From: Paraspadella gotoi
Lineage: Eukaryota; Animalia; Chaetognatha
NCBI GenBank assembly: GCA_051294375.1
Contig: CM119270.1
Span: 3,078,812-3,094,016 of the forward strand
DNA: 15,205 nucleotides
Direction of reading: 5' to 3'
Position numbers and translations under genes: made by a program. This document shows positions 10,251-15,205 of this stretch, one piece after another. The notes beneath the pieces are model-generated. The model saw only the letters and a program-made list of their open reading frames with translations, was not told where the DNA came from and searched no databases. The first letter of the stretch is position 1; every line of letters starts with the position of its first letter.

Positions 10251-10897
10251 ATTTATCACATCGGTTCTATTTATTTTCAAATTGTGAGTAAATTAAATTT
10301 CTCAAATTCGTGAATGCGGTGTAATGTCAGGGGGTCAGATAAGATTGTGAAAGGAAAGATCAAGGATCACGAAGAGAATAGAAGGGATCAGGAAGGGTCA
10401 GGGGTCAGGGGTCACGGAGCGGAGGAACAGAGCTCGACGAGTCTGTGGGATCTCCTGGGGATCGGGTTGTGAGAAGAAGAGTGATAGAGGAGGAGGAGGA
10501 GGAGGAGGAGGAGGAGGAAAAGAATGAAAGGAGGATTCAATTGTCGGTGACTTTGGCCGACATTTTGGGGGCTAAACTATTAAGTGGAGACTGAAGAGAG
10601 ACTTCGTATGGAAGACGAAGAGAGAAAAGATGAAGCACGTTTTTGTTTGTTGTCGTCGCCGACGCCAGCGACATCTTCCCTTTGCTTTTTAAGTCAAACA
10701 AAACGACATCGGAGATCGGAGTAGTCGATCCCTTGAATTGTGAAACGGAGGGAGAATGTTGGTCGCCTTGTCTTTTACTGGTTATGAGATCAAAAGAAAA
10801 TCTTCAATGAGATTCGATTTCTCACTCTCTCTCTCTTTCTCTCTCTCTTTATCTCTCTCTCTCTCTATCTCTTTTCCTGTTTTTCCTAACCTTCCTT

Positions 10898-10973
10898 TTG
10901 ACGGTTTTAAGCAAAATTGACGATTTTAAGCAAAATTGACGATTTGAAGCAAAATTGACGATTTGAATAAAAT
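10898..10973. repeat. 19-bp minisatellite, 4 copies (TTGACGATTTKAAGCAAAA)
   Basis: Units start at 10898, 10917, 10936 and 10955. Confidence 0.9.
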
Positions 10974-11243
10974 TTTGAAATAACTCGTTTGTTACGCTTT
11001 AAAGTTTTCGTCCATAATTTTAATCCGCGTTACGCAAAGAAAAAATGAAAAAACTGTGAGAATAAGTCTTCTCTCTCTCTCTCGTTCTCTACTCTCTCTC
11101 TCTCTCTCCTCTCTCTCTCTCATCTCTCGTTCTCTCCTCTCTCTCCTCTACTCTCCCACCAACCGCGTAATATCAAGAATTGGTCCGTGGTGAGATATAA
11201 GTTCAATTCCTTCCATCTGGTTCAATAACTTTTTGTCTGTATC

Positions 11244-11307
11244 TTTCTCTATCTCACGCTTTGTCTATCTTTCGGTTTGTCTATCTCGCGCTTTGTCTAT
11301 CTCACGT
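11244..11307. repeat. 16-bp minisatellite, 4 copies (TTTGTCTATCTCACGC)
   Basis: Units start at 11244, 11260, 11276 and 11292. Confidence 0.85.
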
Positions 11308-11689
11308 AAGCTTTCTGTATTAACGATTAACCTTTATCCGACTTTTTGACAAAGCGGCAAAGAATTTGTAAGCCTAAACATTGTTAGTCTAAATGAAAAT
11401 ATAGAGCGCGTTACTTTTTTCTTTAGTTAAAATATTTTGTAAATTAACAGTGACCGCTATATAACAATATAAATGTTTAAACTATACTCCCTCCTTCCAC
11501 GGCCTCGCTGTGTATTTTAACTCAAAAAATATTGTAATTTGCAATACGTCTTGTTACGCTAAGCGCGATATTTTTCGTGCGAAGAACAAAGACTCACTTT
11601 TGCGTCATCAGTCTATTCTGCCTCCGAACGGGAACATTGAAAAGAGATAAATTTGGGAAGTCTCTCCTTGCGTAATCAGACGTAACGGA

Positions 11690-12404
11690 NNNNNNNNNNN
11701 NNNNNNNNNNNNNNNNNNNNNNNNNNNNNNNNNNNNNNNNNNNNNNNNNNNNNNNNNNNNNNNNNNNNNNNNNNNNNNNNNNNNNNNNNNNNNNNNNNNN
11801 NNNNNNNNNNNNNNNNNNNNNNNNNNNNNNNNNNNNNNNNNNNNNNNNNNNNNNNNNNNNNNNNNNNNNNNNNNNNNNNNNNNNNNNNNNNNNNNNNNNN
11901 NNNNNNNNNNNNNNNNNNNNNNNNNNNNNNNNNNNNNNNNNNNNNNNNNNNNNNNNNNNNNNNNNNNNNNNNNNNNNNNNNNNNNNNNNNNNNNNNNNNN
12001 NNNNNNNNNNNNNNNNNNNNNNNNNNNNNNNNNNNNNNNNNNNNNNNNNNNNNNNNNNNNNNNNNNNNNNNNNNNNNNNNNNNNNNNNNNNNNNNNNNNN
12101 NNNNNNNNNNNNNNNNNNNNNNNNNNNNNNNNNNNNNNNNNNNNNNNNNNNNNNNNNNNNNNNNNNNNNNNNNNNNNNNNNNNNNNNNNNNNNNNNNNNN
12201 NNNNNNNNNNNNNNNNNNNNNNNNNNNNNNNNNNNNNNNNNNNNNNNNNNNNNNNNNNNNNNNNNNNNNNNNNNNNNNNNNNNNNNNNNNNNNNNNNNNN
12301 NNNNNNNNNNNNNNNNNNNNNNNNNNNNNNNNNNNNNNNNNNNNNNNNNNNNNNNNNNNNNNNNNNNNNNNNNNNNNNNNNNNNNNNNNNNNNNNNNNNN
12401 NNNN
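11690..12404. other. Assembly gap (715 N); other gaps at 173-572 and 6266-6290
   Basis: Runs of N. Confidence 1.
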
Positions 12405-12493
12405 CGTCATCGTCGTCGTCGTCGTCGTCATGGCTATATCGTGAGAGGATGAATCTTATCTCATCCTCTACTCACAATGTCGTTACTGGTATT

Positions 12494-12581
<88 letters not shown>

Positions 12582-12639
12582 TAATAATAATAATAACAAC
12601 AATAATAATAACAATAATAATAATAATAATAATAATAAT
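12494..12639. repeat. (AAT)n microsatellite
   Basis: Imperfect trinucleotide run with AAA and AAC variants. Confidence 0.97.
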
Positions 12640-12880
12640 GTGAGAGACAAATTTACCGTAAAATGGTTTGGTAATAAAAAGAGTTTTTAATGTAAAGAAA
12701 GGTTTTGCGTTTAATGTAATTTAGAAATGGTTTGTTTGTACAAAAGTAATCGTAAAGAAAGCGGATAATTTTTGTTCTCATTGGGGAAAAGAAATTTCGG
12801 CTTGAGATAACCCGGCACTGGGATTTAATTTTAGTGTGGCGAATCCTAAATTTGCCTCCCGTATTGCTTGATACAACTCA

Positions 12881-13130
12881 GCTCGTCCTATTGGCTTGGA
12901 CAGCTAAGTAATCGTTCACCAACCCAGAGTTCCGGGTTCAATCCCCTCACGGTCACGCTGGATAAAGTGTGATAGTATTGGCATAAACACGCCAGTGACA
13001 TGTGGTGGTCACTGCAGGTCCAAAGCCCTGAGCGCCATCTGTCCGGATATGCCTCATTCCCCGGGTTTCACATGTTCCCCCCTTGCAATAATAGCCTTCT
13101 TATACGAAAGAGGGTGAGTGTAAGGTAAGG
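12881..13130 (+). mobile_element. tRNA-derived SINE-like retroelement containing the twister ribozyme
   Basis: A-box-like TGGCTTGGACAG at 12892-12903, B box GGTTCAATCCC at 12935-12945, and partial acceptor-stem pairing (GCTCGT / ACGGTC). The body contains the twister, then a 3' stem-loop CCTTCT-N8-AGAGGG (13095-13114) and a short tandem tail GTAAGGTAAGG (13120-13130). No target-site duplication found; boundaries approximate. Confidence 0.65.
12958..13046 (+). ncRNA. Twister self-cleaving ribozyme, type-P5 circular permutation (this copy possibly partly decayed)
   Basis: Aligned by eye to the Oryza Osa-1-4 twister (P1-UAA-P2-GC-P3-P4/L4 GUCCCAAGCC-A-P2'-GA-T1'). P5 CTGGATAAA 12958-66 pairs with TCTGTCCGG 13038-46 (8 of 9 pairs including 2 G-U). 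P2 GTGT 12967-70 pairs with ACAC 12987-90. The conserved GA is at 12971-72. T1 TAG 12973-75 pairs with CCA 13020-22 (one central mismatch). A vestigial P1 lies at 12976-83 and UAA at 12984-86. T2 GC 12991-92 pairs with GC 13025-26. P3 CAGTGAC 12993-99 / GTCACTG 13008-14 is a perfect 7 bp. P4 CAG 13015-17 / CTG 13028-30 closes L4 GTCCAAAGCC, which matches the Osa loop at 9 of 10 positions. The conserved A13031 follows P4. Confidence 0.8.
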
Positions 13131-13266
13131 ACTTGTTCGATTGACTGCAGTTCGAGTTTTTCAATTAATTTTTTTCTCGGATCCTGAGTTCGAAACCTGA
13201 ATTGCTGATTGACACAAAAGGATATCAGCGACGAAATTTAATTTTAAAACTGGATATAAATTTTAT

Positions 13267-13301
13267 AGAAAGAAAGAAAGAAAGAAAGAAAAAAAGAAAA
13301 A

Positions 13302-13373
<72 letters not shown>

Positions 13374-13375
13374 AA
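13267..13375. repeat. (AAAG)n microsatellite
   Basis: Tetranucleotide run. Confidence 0.97.
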
Positions 13376-13721
13376 TGTAGATACAAAGAAAAACAAGATG
13401 AAAGAATTAAAGAAATAAAGCAAGCAGAGGAAACAAAGTAAGCAGAGCAAGAAAAGCGAGCAAGCAAAGAAAGAAACCGCCGAAAAATAAAAAAAACAAC
13501 AAAAACAAAAACAAAAGCACTAAAATCGGGAAAAAGTTTTGTACGCGCGGGACGAAGAGAGAAAAAAAAAGAAGAAAAAAGAAGAAAAAAGAAAGAAAAA
13601 AGTTTGAGTTCTGTTTTTGTTATCGCGATAATTGAGGCGGAGACCAGATTCCAGATGCCGTCCAGGATGATGAATGGGATGTGGAAGGGAAAAGAAAAAA
13701 GGAAAAGGAAAAAAAAGGGGA

Positions 13722-13722
13722 A

Positions 13723-13814
<92 letters not shown>

Positions 13815-13816
13815 AA
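13722..13816. repeat. (AAAG)n microsatellite
   Basis: Tetranucleotide run. Confidence 0.97.
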
Positions 13817-14463
13817 TAAAAGAAGGAAAGCGAAAAAAAAGTCTATTACCATAAAACGATTTTCCGTCTGGTATTAAAAAAAATTCAAATTAACGCGAAA
13901 AGAAAGAAAGGAAAGAAAAGATAGACAAGAGAGAGCAGAGAGAATGAGAGAGACGCAGCAGAGACGAGAGAGAGTGAGAGAGCAGAGAGAGTAGAGACTG
14001 AGAGAGAGAGAGACAGAGAGAGATTGCGCACGGGCCAATAGTTTGGATATTTTGAATCGACTGCCTTTTTAATAACTGGTGAGTTGTATGAAGCTATTTG
14101 ATTAAGATTGTATGACCAGTTTGACCACTGACCAAAGTGACCCTTCTGTCGTTGTTGTTACTGTTGTCTCTTTCACTGAGAAAAACCAATTATGAACTGT
14201 GATGTGAACGGTGAAGTAAACGTCCTCGAAACAGCGACTGGAACATCTGACGCCCTCAATGCTTGGCGTGAGAAAAAAAGCTTGGAAGCAAAAGAGCTTG
14301 GCGTTCAAACCGAAAAGAAAGTTAAGCTTCGAAAGGCGACGCGTGATCGCGAATCGGTTCTCGCGAGAGATGGGATGGAGAGATTGAGTGTGACGCAAAA
14401 TTTGGCGCAGGATTTTGCGTAAAAATGTGGCGCAGAACATAGAAATATCGATCCTTCATACGT

Positions 14464-14682
14464 GACACGGTGGTTCATTGAGTAAAGTCATCGGCTAATG
14501 ACCACTGAGTACCGGGTTCAATCCCGTTCGGGAAGCGTTAGGCCAGGACTGCGAGAGAGGGTTAAAGAAGTTGTGGAAGGTCATCATCTCTCCGCTTTGC
14601 GTCTTATCCACAGACGCGTGGGGGAAGAAGGTGGAAGATGAGGAGGAGGAGGAGGAAGAGGAGGAAGAGGAGGAAGAGGAGG
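14464..14682 (+). mobile_element. Second tRNA-derived SINE-like element (different body)
   Basis: A-box-like TGGTTCATTGAG at 14471-14482 and B box in CCGGGTTCAATCCCG at 14512-14526. No intact cloverleaf. A 3' hairpin GCGTCT-TATCCAC-AGACGC (14599-14617) is followed by a purine (GAG/GAA)n run to about 14682. The 3' boundary is uncertain. Confidence 0.55.
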
Positions 14683-14740
14683 GAAAGTTGATTTAGAAAA
14701 TCAGTGACGTCAGTTCGGAGTCACGCCCATTCGCGAAAAG

Positions 14741-14747
<7 letters not shown>

Positions 14748-14802
<55 letters not shown>
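14748..14802. repeat. (GA)n microsatellite
   Basis: Perfect dinucleotide run. Confidence 0.97.
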
Positions 14803-14804
<2 letters not shown>

Positions 14805-15205
14805 GGGGACCAAGATTCTCTTTCCCCAACCGCGGATCTCAACATGGGCGGCGGCAGCGGTGGCCCGACGCGGCGGCGCCCCAAAGGGCAGCCGTCAATC
14901 GAGCGTCTATAATAAAACGCAAAAGTAAATAAACAAACGATCGAAAAGATGACGACGACGAGAGAAGGTCCATAACGGTAATAATAGTGAGCTTGGAGAG
15001 AGTAAAAAGAGATAGAGAGAGAGAGATATATATATATAATTATATATCGAGAGAGAGTTGTTTCCTATGCGAATTCCGTGAATAATTTGAATGGCGAGAA
15101 AACCTCTTTTCCCTTCGTTGGACTTAAAGGCGAACGTCCTATCGAAAACCTTTGATGAATTAGCCGATTTTCTCAGCTTCTCTCTCTCTCTCTCTCTCTC
15201 TCTCT

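Noticed and set aside
10585-10630. CTGAAGA...CGAAG hammerhead-like words (also minus-strand CTGATGA near 11606-11612)
   Set aside because: The GAAA core is missing and no flanking stems form.
10898-11307. CRISPR-like arrays (19-bp and 16-bp repeats)
   Set aside because: Head-to-tail units without spacers, in a eukaryotic context with no cas genes.
12881-12956. Functional tRNA gene (also 14464-14535)
   Set aside because: A and B boxes are present, but the acceptor, anticodon and T stems do not pair properly and no oligo-T terminator follows; better explained as SINE heads.
12980-13053. Type-P1 reading of the twister using GGCA/TGCC as P1
   Set aside because: The 3' side lacks a full P2' and the conserved GA-T1' segment; the upstream GTGT-GA-TAG fits much better, giving type P5.
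14192-14422. 76-aa ORF MNCDVNGEV... as a gene or downstream exon
   Set aside because: Short, with no recognisable domain, an in-frame stop just upstream, and no in-phase acceptor compatible with the 9854 donor.
14535-14620. Ribozyme in the second SINE-like element (GAGGG word)
   Set aside because: No twister L4 loop, no P2 or P4 stems, and no hammerhead core.

Overview
Eukaryotic draft-assembly sequence, probably from an invertebrate animal (inferred from composition; taxon not determinable). It is dominated by microsatellites ((GA)n/(CT)n, (GAC)n, (AAT)n, (AAAG)n, a ~1.1 kb C/T tract) and has three N gaps (173-572, 6266-6290, 11690-12404). Nearly all ORFs in the supplied track are repeat or gap artefacts. 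The best coding evidence is a probable first coding exon at 9690-9854 (+); weaker exon candidates lie at 1004-1156 and 3609-3752. A ~575 bp GA/CT-rich block occurs twice (about 4217-4789 and 6291-6876) around a 1.5 kb unique segment, which holds a hairpin-rich end and an interrupted 235-codon frame. There are two tRNA-headed SINE-like elements (about 12881-13130 and 14464-14682). The highlight is that the first carries, directly behind its tRNA-like Pol III head, a circularly permuted (type-P5) twister self-cleaving ribozyme fold at 12958-13046. Its catalytic G and A are present, with a predicted cut between 12984 and 12985. A 3' stem-loop and a (GTAAG)2 tail follow. All folds were derived by eye and none was computed.
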